A DNA stretch of 64,000 bases from Bacteroidia bacterium (lineage in GTDB: Bacteria > Bacteroidota > Bacteroidia > UKL13-3). The position numbers and the translations under genes are program-made. Positions 19,813-28,511 of this stretch are shown here, piece after piece. The stretch covers positions 69,181 to 133,180 of the forward strand of contig JACMQU010000178.1 in the NCBI GenBank assembly GCA_014376805.1, written 5' to 3'. Under the pieces are notes generated by a model that saw only the letters and a program-made list of their open reading frames with translations, was not told the origin of the DNA and did not search any database. Each line of letters starts with the position of its first letter. The stretch's first letter is position 1.

Positions 19813-20386
19813 TAATCACTTTCGCAAACCTGATTACTTTATCATTTAGGAAGTAACCTTTTTCTAACACATCAACAATTTTATCTTTTAATTCATCAGT
19901 TGGTGCAGGAATTTTTGTTATAGCCTCATGAAAATCCGAATCAAAAGGCTTACCTAATGCTTCCATTTCCTTTATGCCTTTTTGAAAAAGTGTGCTTTTA
20001 AGTTTGTTATAAATCAATTCAATTCCCTCCCTTACAGACTTATTCTCATCTGTTAAAATTAATGCTTTAAGGGCTCTTTCAAAATCATCCAATATGGGCA
20101 ACATTAAAACTAAAACTTCCTGGCTTGCAGATTTAAATAAATCAGAACGTTCTTTATTGGTTCTGCGTTTATAATTTTCAAATTCAGAATATAACCTCAA
20201 ATATTTTTCTTGAACAGATGTAAGTTCCGCCTGAAGTTTTTCTTCTGCGCTGCCATTTTCTGCCAGAGGATTTGTATGCTGATGAGTTTTTAATTCGTCT
20301 GCAACATCTTTTAATTCCTGATCAATATGAGTAGTATCTTCTTTAAACTCTAATTCTTCATTATAATTTTCGTTGTCGTTCAACAT
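19802..20386 (-). CDS. grpE: nucleotide exchange factor GrpE
   Basis: 194 aa. Coiled-coil N-terminal part and a GrpE C-terminal region. Overlaps the dnaJ start by 11 nt. Confidence 0.85.
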   Translation of the reverse strand: MLNDNENYNEELEFKEDTTHIDQELKDVADELKTHQHTNPLAENGSAEEKLQAELTSVQEKYLRLYSEFENYKRRTNKERSDLFKSASQEVLVLMLPILDDFERALKALILTDENKSVREGIELIYNKLKSTLFQKGIKEMEALGKPFDSDFHEAITKIPAPTDELKDKIVDVLEKGYFLNDKVIRFAKVIIGA

Positions 20387-20455
20387 AATTCTTTGGCTAT
20401 TTTCTGCTGTTTTAGCAAAGATGTTGCCAACTATTTATTTTGTGACATAGTGACA

Positions 20456-20956
20456 TTAATAACTGCGAAGAAGTTGTTCTAAGTCTTGAGCACTCCTATT
20501 TTTAGCAATGATGATCCCTTCTCCATTCAACAAAAAATTGGATGGAATACTTGTTATTTTGCACTTTTTAATAATAGGGGATTGCCAACCCTGGAAATCA
20601 CATTCATGTGCTTTCCAGGGTAAATTATCTTTTTTCAAAGCCAGTTCATATAACTTTTTTGTTTCATCAAGGCTAATGCTGATGATATAAAATTTCCTTG
20701 CCTTTTTAAATTTTTTATCTTTATACTTCAAATAAGAAGGAGCCATATCCCGTTGTAAAATTCTACTTTCAGGGTTCCAGGATGCCCAAAAATGGATCAG
20801 CACATAAGAGCCTTTAAGTTCAATTAAATGGTATGGTTTCTGGAATGTTCCCTGGTAGGAGAAATCGGGTAAAGTATCTCCAATTTCAAAGCTTTTTCGG
20901 TTTTGCGCAAACCCTACAAATGGAGCAAAAAACAGAAATAAGATTGCTATTTTCAT
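20456..20956 (-). CDS. TlpA-like thioredoxin-fold protein lacking the CXXC active site
   Basis: Signal peptide plus thioredoxin-fold blocks. The position that is normally WCGPC reads HFWASWNPES, so no catalytic cysteines. Confidence 0.6.
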   Translation of the reverse strand: MKIAILFLFFAPFVGFAQNRKSFEIGDTLPDFSYQGTFQKPYHLIELKGSYVLIHFWASWNPESRILQRDMAPSYLKYKDKKFKKARKFYIISISLDETKKLYELALKKDNLPWKAHECDFQGWQSPIIKKCKITSIPSNFLLNGEGIIIAKNRSAQDLEQLLRSY

Positions 20957-20958
20957 TC

Positions 20959-22266
20959 TTATGGAATACGTGTTATATCAGCTCCGATTGCTCTAAGTCT
21001 TTCATCAATAAACTGGTAACCCCGGTCTATTTGTTCTATATTATTTATAATACTTGTTCCATTGGCAGCCAATGCAGCAATGAGCATAGAAACACCAGCT
21101 CTTATATCGGGAGATGACATGTTTATGCCCCTTAATTTAGTTTCACGGTTTGAACCAATTACAACTGCTCTGTGCGGATCACACAAAATAATCTTAGCGC
21201 CCATATCAATGAGATTATCTACAAAAAACAACCTGCTTTCAAACATCCACTGATGAATAAGAACACTTCCCTTAGCCTGCGTTGCAGTAACCAATGCAAT
21301 GGATATAAGATCGGGAGTAAATGCAGGCCAAATGCCATCTTTAATAGTAAGGATAGAACCATCAATTAGCGTTTCAATTTTATAAGAATCCTGTTTAGGA
21401 ATAAAAATATCATCCCCTTTAAATTCCATTTGTATGCCCATACGCTGAAATATTTTAGGGATTACTCCTAAACTGCTGATGGCACAATTTTTAATAGTTA
21501 TTTCAGAATTTGTTGCTGCTGCCAGCCCAATAAAGCTGCCAATTTCAATCATATCCGGGAGCATTCGGTGTTCGCAGCCACCCAACTCTTTAACACCTTC
21601 AATCTGTAACAGGTTTGAACCAACACCCGTAATTTTTGCACCCATACTGTTTAACATTTTACATAACTGTTGTATGTAAGGTTCACAGGCTGCATTATAA
21701 ATTGTTGTAGAACCTTTAGCTAAGGATGCAGCCATTAAAATGTTTGCCGTACCTGTTACCGAAGCTTCATCAAGCACCATATAAGCACCGGTTAAATTTT
21801 TGCCGTTTATTTTATAAAAACGTTCAGCTTGCAAGTGCTCAAATGTAGCACCCAGTTTTTCAAATCCTCTCAGATGTGTATCAACCGGTCTCCTGCCAAT
21901 TTTATCGCCCCCTGGTTCAGGTATATAGGCCATTCCAAAACGAGCAAGCAAGGGACCTATAATCATGATAGAACCACGCAAACTTGCTCCTTTGGTTTTA
22001 AAGGCATCACTTAACAAATAATCCAGATTTACCTGAGTTGCTTTAAATGAATAAGTTTCAGTGCTTAATTCTTCCACTTCCACCCCTAAATCTTTAAGGA
22101 GTTCAATTAATTTCATTACGTCTCTGATATTTGGAATATTAGAGATAATGATTTTTTCTGAAGTTAATAATACGGCAGAGAGTATCTGCAAAGCTTCATT
22201 CTTCGCGCCTTGTGGCACCAGTTCGCCTTTTAATTGTATACCGCCTTTTACTTTAAATGCACCCAT
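20959..22266 (-). CDS. murA: UDP-N-acetylglucosamine 1-carboxyvinyltransferase
   Basis: 435 aa EPSP-synthase fold. Motifs GAKNEALQIL and GCEHRMLPD; the Cys in the latter sits at the catalytic-Cys position. Confidence 0.9.
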   Translation of the reverse strand: MGAFKVKGGIQLKGELVPQGAKNEALQILSAVLLTSEKIIISNIPNIRDVMKLIELLKDLGVEVEELSTETYSFKATQVNLDYLLSDAFKTKGASLRGSIMIIGPLLARFGMAYIPEPGGDKIGRRPVDTHLRGFEKLGATFEHLQAERFYKINGKNLTGAYMVLDEASVTGTANILMAASLAKGSTTIYNAACEPYIQQLCKMLNSMGAKITGVGSNLLQIEGVKELGGCEHRMLPDMIEIGSFIGLAAATNSEITIKNCAISSLGVIPKIFQRMGIQMEFKGDDIFIPKQDSYKIETLIDGSILTIKDGIWPAFTPDLISIALVTATQAKGSVLIHQWMFESRLFFVDNLIDMGAKIILCDPHRAVVIGSNRETKLRGINMSSPDIRAGVSMLIAALAANGTSIINNIEQIDRGYQFIDERLRAIGADITRIP

Positions 22267-22281
22267 TTTTGTTTGTAATTT

Positions 22282-23946
22282 TTAAAATGTAAAAGTAAAT
22301 CCACCCATTATGTTAATACCATATACCGGGTAACTATAAAATCTTTGATACCTGTTATTTGCAATATTATTTGCGTTCAAAAAAACTGAAACATTTTTGT
22401 TATACCTATAATCAATTCCAAAATTTGCATCAACAAACGGATCTATTTTTTTTTCAGTACCTGATAGATATCTGCTATAACGCTGACCCATATAAAATAT
22501 ATCTAGCTTTAAAATGAATTTATCAGCAATATGATACGTTGCATTTGTTTTGACTTCAAAACCCGGCCGGGAATAAGGGTGCGCAAGTGTTGGGTTAAGC
22601 TTATAGTTAAATACATTAAAACCAATTCCTAATCTTAATTTTTCGCCAATTGAATGATTAATATTTGCAGATATAGTTGTTAAATTAGCATAGGTAGAAT
22701 CATAAGTAGTAACCTGATTAGCTTGTACCGAATCATGGGTATAAAAGAGTAAGTTTTTAACTGATGTGGAAGAAGCCATGATGGTAAAGTTTGTCATTGG
22801 CCCTAACTCACCTTTAAAGCCTCCATAAATTTCAAATCGGTTAATTGTATTGTTTAAAATGAAATTAGTGGCAAAAGGATTTTCACCGGTAATGCCTTTT
22901 ACTGTGTTGGGTTTCAGGTTACCTGTTATACCAGCCAATACAACCAGTTTATTTGCAATGAGGTTATATCCGCCTTCTGCCTTGGGAAATAAATAAGGTT
23001 GCGTGCCTGCCGAATCGCTTGCAATAATAAAATTAACACCGCCCTTGAGATAGAAATTTTCATCACTTAATTTTAACTGGGGGTTGAGTTCAAAATATAT
23101 CCGTTGATAATTAAACTCACCTGTTGAATTACCGGGCGAAAATTTAGTATTATTAACCTGTAAACCGGTAACCAGTTCAAAAGGAAGTGTATTAATTTGT
23201 TTATTAAAACGAATTTTTACAAAAAAGTTATTTTCATTTACTTTATCATTTTTTAATTTAAAATCTCCGTTATAATTATAATAACCCAAATCTAACTTGT
23301 AGGTTAAAGAAGAACTATCTTTATTGTAATTCTGAAAAAATGCTTTGGTATCAAACAATTGATATATGAGTTTGGGGTCAATACTTAATTTTTTAATATC
23401 ATTTGGTGTGCCATAAAGGTTAACTAAATTTCTATTATAACCTGCATCCACTCCGTAACTGCCATTAGCAGTAAACTGTTTTACATAGCTATAAATAGTA
23501 CTGTTGCTAAAATTATTATATGCCTTATCTCCGTTGGCAGAAATATGTTTAATAAACATGCCTGTTTGTGTATTTTTATTTCTTACAGAGTTCAGATAAA
23601 ATTCGAACAGCGGAGAAGTATAATTGCCAAAGCCAAGTTTTGTGTAATTATTTTTAAGCTTAGGTAATAAAAATGTTCCTAAAGATAACGGCTTAATGGT
23701 GTAGATGGTGGGCTGTATAGAAAATTGCTGGTCGGGTATCTGATAAGTATAATTGGGCTTGCTAATTTCCGGCTTTTCAGGATTGGGGTTAACAGGAATT
23801 TTTATGGCTTCTGAAAGAATAGGTATGAAGTTTTTTATAACCTCTATTCTGTTATCTTTAATGAGGCTGTCATTTACCTGTGCAAAACTAATTACTTGTA
23901 TTAGAAAGCATAGGGAGAGTGTTAGACTATATTTAAATGTTACCAT
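22282..23946 (-). CDS. outer-membrane beta-barrel protein of unknown function
   Basis: 554 aa with signal peptide. Rich in alternating aromatic/Gly/Asn residues and ends GINIMGGFTFTF (C-terminal Phe typical of OM barrels). Begins 3 nt after the upstream TPR gene. Confidence 0.6.
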   Translation of the reverse strand: MVTFKYSLTLSLCFLIQVISFAQVNDSLIKDNRIEVIKNFIPILSEAIKIPVNPNPEKPEISKPNYTYQIPDQQFSIQPTIYTIKPLSLGTFLLPKLKNNYTKLGFGNYTSPLFEFYLNSVRNKNTQTGMFIKHISANGDKAYNNFSNSTIYSYVKQFTANGSYGVDAGYNRNLVNLYGTPNDIKKLSIDPKLIYQLFDTKAFFQNYNKDSSSLTYKLDLGYYNYNGDFKLKNDKVNENNFFVKIRFNKQINTLPFELVTGLQVNNTKFSPGNSTGEFNYQRIYFELNPQLKLSDENFYLKGGVNFIIASDSAGTQPYLFPKAEGGYNLIANKLVVLAGITGNLKPNTVKGITGENPFATNFILNNTINRFEIYGGFKGELGPMTNFTIMASSTSVKNLLFYTHDSVQANQVTTYDSTYANLTTISANINHSIGEKLRLGIGFNVFNYKLNPTLAHPYSRPGFEVKTNATYHIADKFILKLDIFYMGQRYSRYLSGTEKKIDPFVDANFGIDYRYNKNVSVFLNANNIANNRYQRFYSYPVYGINIMGGFTFTF

Positions 23947-23948
23947 TA

Positions 23949-26900
23949 CTATTTATTTTCATTTTGTTTAATTCGTTGTTCAATCATTTTTTGAGAATCA
24001 CTTTTTTGTTGCTTCTCCATTTCAATAATTTCTTCCAACTTTACTTTGGCAATCTGTCTTATTTCCTGACCATCATAATTATCAAGTAAGCTTTGCAGCG
24101 TTGCTTTAGCCTGGAAAGCATCATTCTGTTTTATATAAGTATCGGCTAATAATACAAATCCTTTTGCTACCCAATACGTGTAATCATCAAACTGATCTTT
24201 AAGCTCGAAGATGGTTTTTTGAGAAGATTTATATTCCTTACGCATGTACTGGATTAAAGCAATATGGTATTTTGCTTCTGCCCCATAAACATTTTTAACA
24301 TCCTTTAAAACACGCATATATTCTAAATAGGCCGAGTCTGGATTATTATGTTTTATATAGTAACGCCCTAAGTTAGTACGAGCCTCCACAATGCCCTCTT
24401 TTTGGGTGAGCCCGGAGTTTAGGTACTTAATTGAAGCTGTAGCTGCAGAATCGGTTTTGCCCTGAACCGAACAGCTTTTCATTTGGCCTATTAATGAAAA
24501 TGAAAGATTATCTTTATTGCTTGCGATTCTTTCTAATGCTGAATAATAATCATAGGCAATTTCATAATTCTTATTCATACTGTTAATGTATGCAGCCTGT
24601 CGGGTACTTTTTTCTGTATAATCACTGCGAAGAGAGTTGGCCACATATTCATAACCTATTAAGGCATCAGTATAGCTTTTTAACTTATAATCACACTCGG
24701 CTTTAAAGTAATTGGCTTTTAAAATAAAATAACCACCGGGGAATTTGTTTATATAATCACCAAATGCTTTACTCGCTTTGTTAAAATCATTTTTTTGAAA
24801 AAGATTAATAGCCGATTCAAAGCTTAATGAATCTTGCGTAGATGCGGAAACCACCACATTTGGCAATGCTTTTATGATTTCCAGAAATTCGGGACCTTTA
24901 CCCTGGTTCACATAAATATTCTGCAATATAATAACAGATTCACGGGCCTCATCGCTGTTTGGATAATTATTAACAAGCTTTTTTATTTCAACAAGTGCCT
25001 CTTCATTTTTATTAATATTAAAAAGCGCCAGACTTTTATTTAGCATAGCTTTCCTTAAATAAATGGAACGGGGATAATTTGTTATTATCAAGCTAAAAGC
25101 TTCAATAGCGTTTGCATAATCTTCTGTCTTTAAATAAATATCTGCTCTTTCATATACAGCATCATCAATATAAGTTGATCTTGGAAAATTACTTTCTAAA
25201 GTTTTAAGAGCAGTAATTTTTTCTTCATTTCTTCCTAACACTCCCAAAATAAGTGACTTTTGATACAGAGCATAATCGGCACCATTCAATTGTTTTTGAA
25301 TAACGAGGTTGTAATAATCAATTGACTTATCATAGTTTTTGGAAACAAAATAGCAATCAGCGGTTCTGATAACGGCATCTGTATAAACTTCAGGATTACC
25401 CATGGCAAAATCTTTTTCTACATACAATTTAAAGGATTCAATTGCTTTATTGTAATTCTCTGTTTTTAAATAGGCATAACCAAGGTTATAAAAGGAGAGA
25501 TTATAAAAACGGGTACTCTTTATTTCTTCTTCATTTTGAAAAAGTTTATAATGATTTTGTGATTTTATATATTGTTGTTCTTTGTATGCTTGCTCTCCAA
25601 GCCAGAAGTTTGCAAGTGCAGTAATTTTTTTATCATAACTTACTTCAGCACATTTGGCAAAAAGTTCATTTGCTTCTTTATAATTATTATTCAGATATAA
25701 TTCCTCAGCCCTGTAATAACTTACCCTTTGCGTGTTCAGCATGTCTTGTGCATTAGGATGTTTTATTCCTTCCAGAATCTTCATGGCTTCTTTAAAATTT
25801 CTTGCATGCAATAATAAATTGCCAAGGTTACTTCTTGCCTCACTTGCATATTCGCTTTGTGGATAGGCGTCAATTAATTTCACATAGGAAGTCATAGCTG
25901 CACCTTGTAAATTTAATTCGTCAGCAATCTTGGCACTGTTAAATAAAGCAATTTCTGCAAGTGAGCCTGCAGGCTTTAACTGATAACATTTATTAAAGGC
26001 AGTTAGTGCATTTGAGCTTTTTTCCAATTTAAGATAACTTGCCCCAAGGTGATAATAAACATAGGGGCCAATGGTATCGTTATTAGCGTCTATTTTAATA
26101 AATTGTTCAATTGCCTTTTCATATTGTCCGGTTCTGGCATAAGCTAAACCAAGCGTATAAAAATCGCTGTTGGTAGGTTGTACAGGTGCCGCATTCATAA
26201 ATTGTTCGAGGTGAGGAATAGCTGTTTCATATTGGTTTAACTGGTAATATGACTGGCCCAGCATTCCTGCAACATCATCGGCCACCTCTCTGTTTTTTAT
26301 GGTATCGCAATAAGCAATAACATCTTTATATTGTTTACGGGCAAAATATACTTGCGTTACATATACAGCGGCTAAGGGGCCAAATGTTTTATGATATTTT
26401 ATCCTTCCAAAATGGTCAAGTGCCTCATCATATGCACCAGATTTATAACTTACATAGCCATAATAGTAATTGGTGGCATCATAGTATTTGCTTTTTTCAT
26501 CTTTTATATTTTTGAAAGATTTCTTTGCATCAACATAGCGTTCAACTTTAAATAGGGAATACCCATAAGTAAAATAAAATTCTTTCAGATCATTACCAGA
26601 AAGATATCTGATATCTACATTATCAAGGTAATGAACTGCCTTTTTATTGTTTTTATTTCTATAATGTAATTTGCCTGACTGATAGGTAGCAAGTTTGGCT
26701 TTTGTATTTTCCGGAAATGAATCTATTAAGGCCTGAAACAGAGGTGCAGCATCAGGATTAAATAATTCCAAAGCACAAACTGCTATATAATATTGGGCAT
26801 TTATTTTCTGTAACTGGTTATGTGCAATTACAGCGTACCACTCAAAATACTTTTGCGCTGCAGCATATTTTTCTTTGTCAAAAAGTTCAAGACCTTGATT

Positions 26901-27071
26901 ATAATATTTTATTTCATCAGTATAAATTGTTGTTTGCTGTGCTTTTAACCTTTGCTGGCAAAGCATAAAAAAAATAACAAACGCAAGAAGACGGCCAATA
27001 ATTAACAATATGTTTTGAAGCCAATCTTGTTGGTTGCCGGGATAAATTTTACGAAAAATATAGGTACGCAT
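23949..27071 (-). CDS. large tetratricopeptide-repeat (TPR) lipoprotein
   Basis: 1040 aa. N-terminal hydrophobic segment ends FFMLC (candidate lipobox). The body is almost entirely TPR-like helical repeats with recurring Y/A/L/G/N patterns. Confidence 0.8.
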   Translation of the reverse strand: MRTYIFRKIYPGNQQDWLQNILLIIGRLLAFVIFFMLCQQRLKAQQTTIYTDEIKYYNQGLELFDKEKYAAAQKYFEWYAVIAHNQLQKINAQYYIAVCALELFNPDAAPLFQALIDSFPENTKAKLATYQSGKLHYRNKNNKKAVHYLDNVDIRYLSGNDLKEFYFTYGYSLFKVERYVDAKKSFKNIKDEKSKYYDATNYYYGYVSYKSGAYDEALDHFGRIKYHKTFGPLAAVYVTQVYFARKQYKDVIAYCDTIKNREVADDVAGMLGQSYYQLNQYETAIPHLEQFMNAAPVQPTNSDFYTLGLAYARTGQYEKAIEQFIKIDANNDTIGPYVYYHLGASYLKLEKSSNALTAFNKCYQLKPAGSLAEIALFNSAKIADELNLQGAAMTSYVKLIDAYPQSEYASEARSNLGNLLLHARNFKEAMKILEGIKHPNAQDMLNTQRVSYYRAEELYLNNNYKEANELFAKCAEVSYDKKITALANFWLGEQAYKEQQYIKSQNHYKLFQNEEEIKSTRFYNLSFYNLGYAYLKTENYNKAIESFKLYVEKDFAMGNPEVYTDAVIRTADCYFVSKNYDKSIDYYNLVIQKQLNGADYALYQKSLILGVLGRNEEKITALKTLESNFPRSTYIDDAVYERADIYLKTEDYANAIEAFSLIITNYPRSIYLRKAMLNKSLALFNINKNEEALVEIKKLVNNYPNSDEARESVIILQNIYVNQGKGPEFLEIIKALPNVVVSASTQDSLSFESAINLFQKNDFNKASKAFGDYINKFPGGYFILKANYFKAECDYKLKSYTDALIGYEYVANSLRSDYTEKSTRQAAYINSMNKNYEIAYDYYSALERIASNKDNLSFSLIGQMKSCSVQGKTDSAATASIKYLNSGLTQKEGIVEARTNLGRYYIKHNNPDSAYLEYMRVLKDVKNVYGAEAKYHIALIQYMRKEYKSSQKTIFELKDQFDDYTYWVAKGFVLLADTYIKQNDAFQAKATLQSLLDNYDGQEIRQIAKVKLEEIIEMEKQQKSDSQKMIEQRIKQNENK

Positions 27072-27074
27072 ATG

Positions 27075-27102
27075 TGATTACAACTGCTAACGAATGTAAT
27101 CA
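27075..27102. promoter_or_regulatory. perfect 8-bp inverted repeat (TGATTACA-N12-TGTAATCA) abutting the TPR gene start codon
   Basis: TGATTACA at 27075-27082 and TGTAATCA at 27095-27102. The start codon of the minus-strand TPR gene is at 27069-27071. Confidence 0.3.
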
Positions 27103-27333
27103 GATGGTTCTTGTGTACATTTTCGTATTTATCCCCATTTTCTTGTTTCAAAAAGTTTAAGTGCGGCATGAAGTAGACACTGATTGCGCACCTGGTTTAT
27201 ATTCAGTTTATCAGATTGCATAATAGCTCACTTATGTTTTATTATCAGTTTAAATTTCTGTTATTTATAGTTTTATTACCTTCTAAACCTTTTAAAACAC
27301 TTATTTATTGGCTTATTACCTTCAGAAATTTAT

Positions 27334-27687
27334 TTACATAGCACCTTTAATCTTTGAATTCCATTCTTCTTCTTTAAATCCAATTAGCAGGTTTTTACCA
27401 TTTTCTAAAACAGGTCTTTTAATTATTGTTGGGTTTTTTATCAGGATTTCAATTGCAGTATCAGGGTTATTTAACATTTTTTTTTCTTCCTGATGCAGGT
27501 TTTTAAAGGTTGTACTTTTTAGATTAATAAGCTGTTCGAGCGTGCATTTTTTTAACCACACATGAATTGTTTTTTTGTCAATTCCTGAAATTTTATAATC
27601 ATGAAAGGTAAAGTTTACTCCCTTCTTATCAAGCCATTTAATGGCTTTCTGCATGGTATCACAATTTTTTATTCCGTAAATGTTCAT
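27334..27687 (-). CDS. ArsC/Spx-family thiol reductase-like protein (YffB-like)
   Basis: 117 aa. MNIYGIKNCDT N-terminal Cys motif characteristic of the ArsC/Spx/YffB family. Confidence 0.7.
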   Translation of the reverse strand: MNIYGIKNCDTMQKAIKWLDKKGVNFTFHDYKISGIDKKTIHVWLKKCTLEQLINLKSTTFKNLHQEEKKMLNNPDTAIEILIKNPTIIKRPVLENGKNLLIGFKEEEWNSKIKGAM

Positions 27688-27812
27688 TAGAATTTACACT
27701 TTTATATAGTGTGCCCGTTAAATTCAAAGTTAGCTTTAAGTAATTTAAAATAATTAGTAATTATAAAACAAATTAACAGTGTGGTAATAAATATTTGCCT
27801 TTTTAAATTAAT

Positions 27813-27850
27813 AAAAAATGCAACTCTAAGGTAAAGAAGTTGCATTTTTG
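27813..27850. terminator. palindromic intrinsic-terminator-like hairpin (possible leader attenuator) upstream of the PAP2-ArnT operon
   Basis: AAAAAA-ATGCAACT(27818-27825)-ctaaggtaaaga-AGTTGCAT(27838-27845)-TTTTT. 8-bp perfect stem flanked by an A-run and a T-run. It lies 26 nt upstream of the ATG at 27876 in a divergent intergenic region. Confidence 0.4.
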
Positions 27851-27875
27851 CGGTTTAATGATTTTCTGCATTTAA

Positions 27876-28511
27876 ATGACATTTAAAAACGGTGCCTTTT
27901 TTTTCCCTTATGCCTTCATAATAATTGTTCTGGCATTTGTTCAGATCAGGATGCGACAAATTGATATAAGTATTGAGATCAATAGTTTGCATAATGATGT
28001 ACTTGACCAGGTTTGTAAATATGCTACCTATTTAGGTGATGGTTTTTTTTCTGTTTTAGGCGCTATTATTGTTTTTCGGTTCAACCCTAAACTTGCGGTT
28101 TGTTTATTAATTAGTTACCTGTTAAGTGCCGGTATTGCCCAGGCATTAAAGCATACTTTGTTTAGTGAATATATGAGGCCAATTGCATTAATAGGAGATA
28201 CGCAACTTAAGCGTATTCATTTGGTTGATGGTGTTGATATCAATTATAAAAATAGTTTCCCTTCGGGCCATGCTACTTCTGCTTTTGCTTTTTTTACTGT
28301 TCTGGCTATGTTTGCAAAATCAAACCTGAACAAAATTATTTATTTGCTGCTGGGTTGTTTTACTGCTTTTACGCGCATTTATTTACTACAGCATTTTTTA
28401 ATTGATGTATTTACCGGAGCTATTATTGGATCGCTTATTGCCTTATTGGTTATTCACTTTTTGATCACAAAAAATGGGTATGAATTATTGAAATCTAAAG
28501 TAAAAAAATGA
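27876..28511 (+). CDS. PAP2-family phosphatase (lipid phosphate phosphatase)
   Basis: PAP2 motifs KxxxxxxRP-like (KHTLFSEYMRP), PSGH (SFPSGHATSAFAF) and SRxxxxxHxxxD-like (TRIYLLQHFLIDV). Multiple TM segments. Confidence 0.8.
   Translation: MTFKNGAFFFPYAFIIIVLAFVQIRMRQIDISIEINSLHNDVLDQVCKYATYLGDGFFSVLGAIIVFRFNPKLAVCLLISYLLSAGIAQALKHTLFSEYMRPIALIGDTQLKRIHLVDGVDINYKNSFPSGHATSAFAFFTVLAMFAKSNLNKIIYLLLGCFTAFTRIYLLQHFLIDVFTGAIIGSLIALLVIHFLITKNGYELLKSKVKK

Noticed and set aside
20387-20520. Looked for a CIRCE (TTAGCACTC-N9-GAGTGCTAA) heat-shock operator upstream of grpE-dnaJ
   Set aside because: Only fragments are present (TTTAGCAAAG, GAGCACTC) plus a tandem GTGACATAGTGACAT at the stop of the upstream gene. 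There is no inverted-repeat CIRCE element, consistent with Bacteroidota lacking HrcA/CIRCE control.
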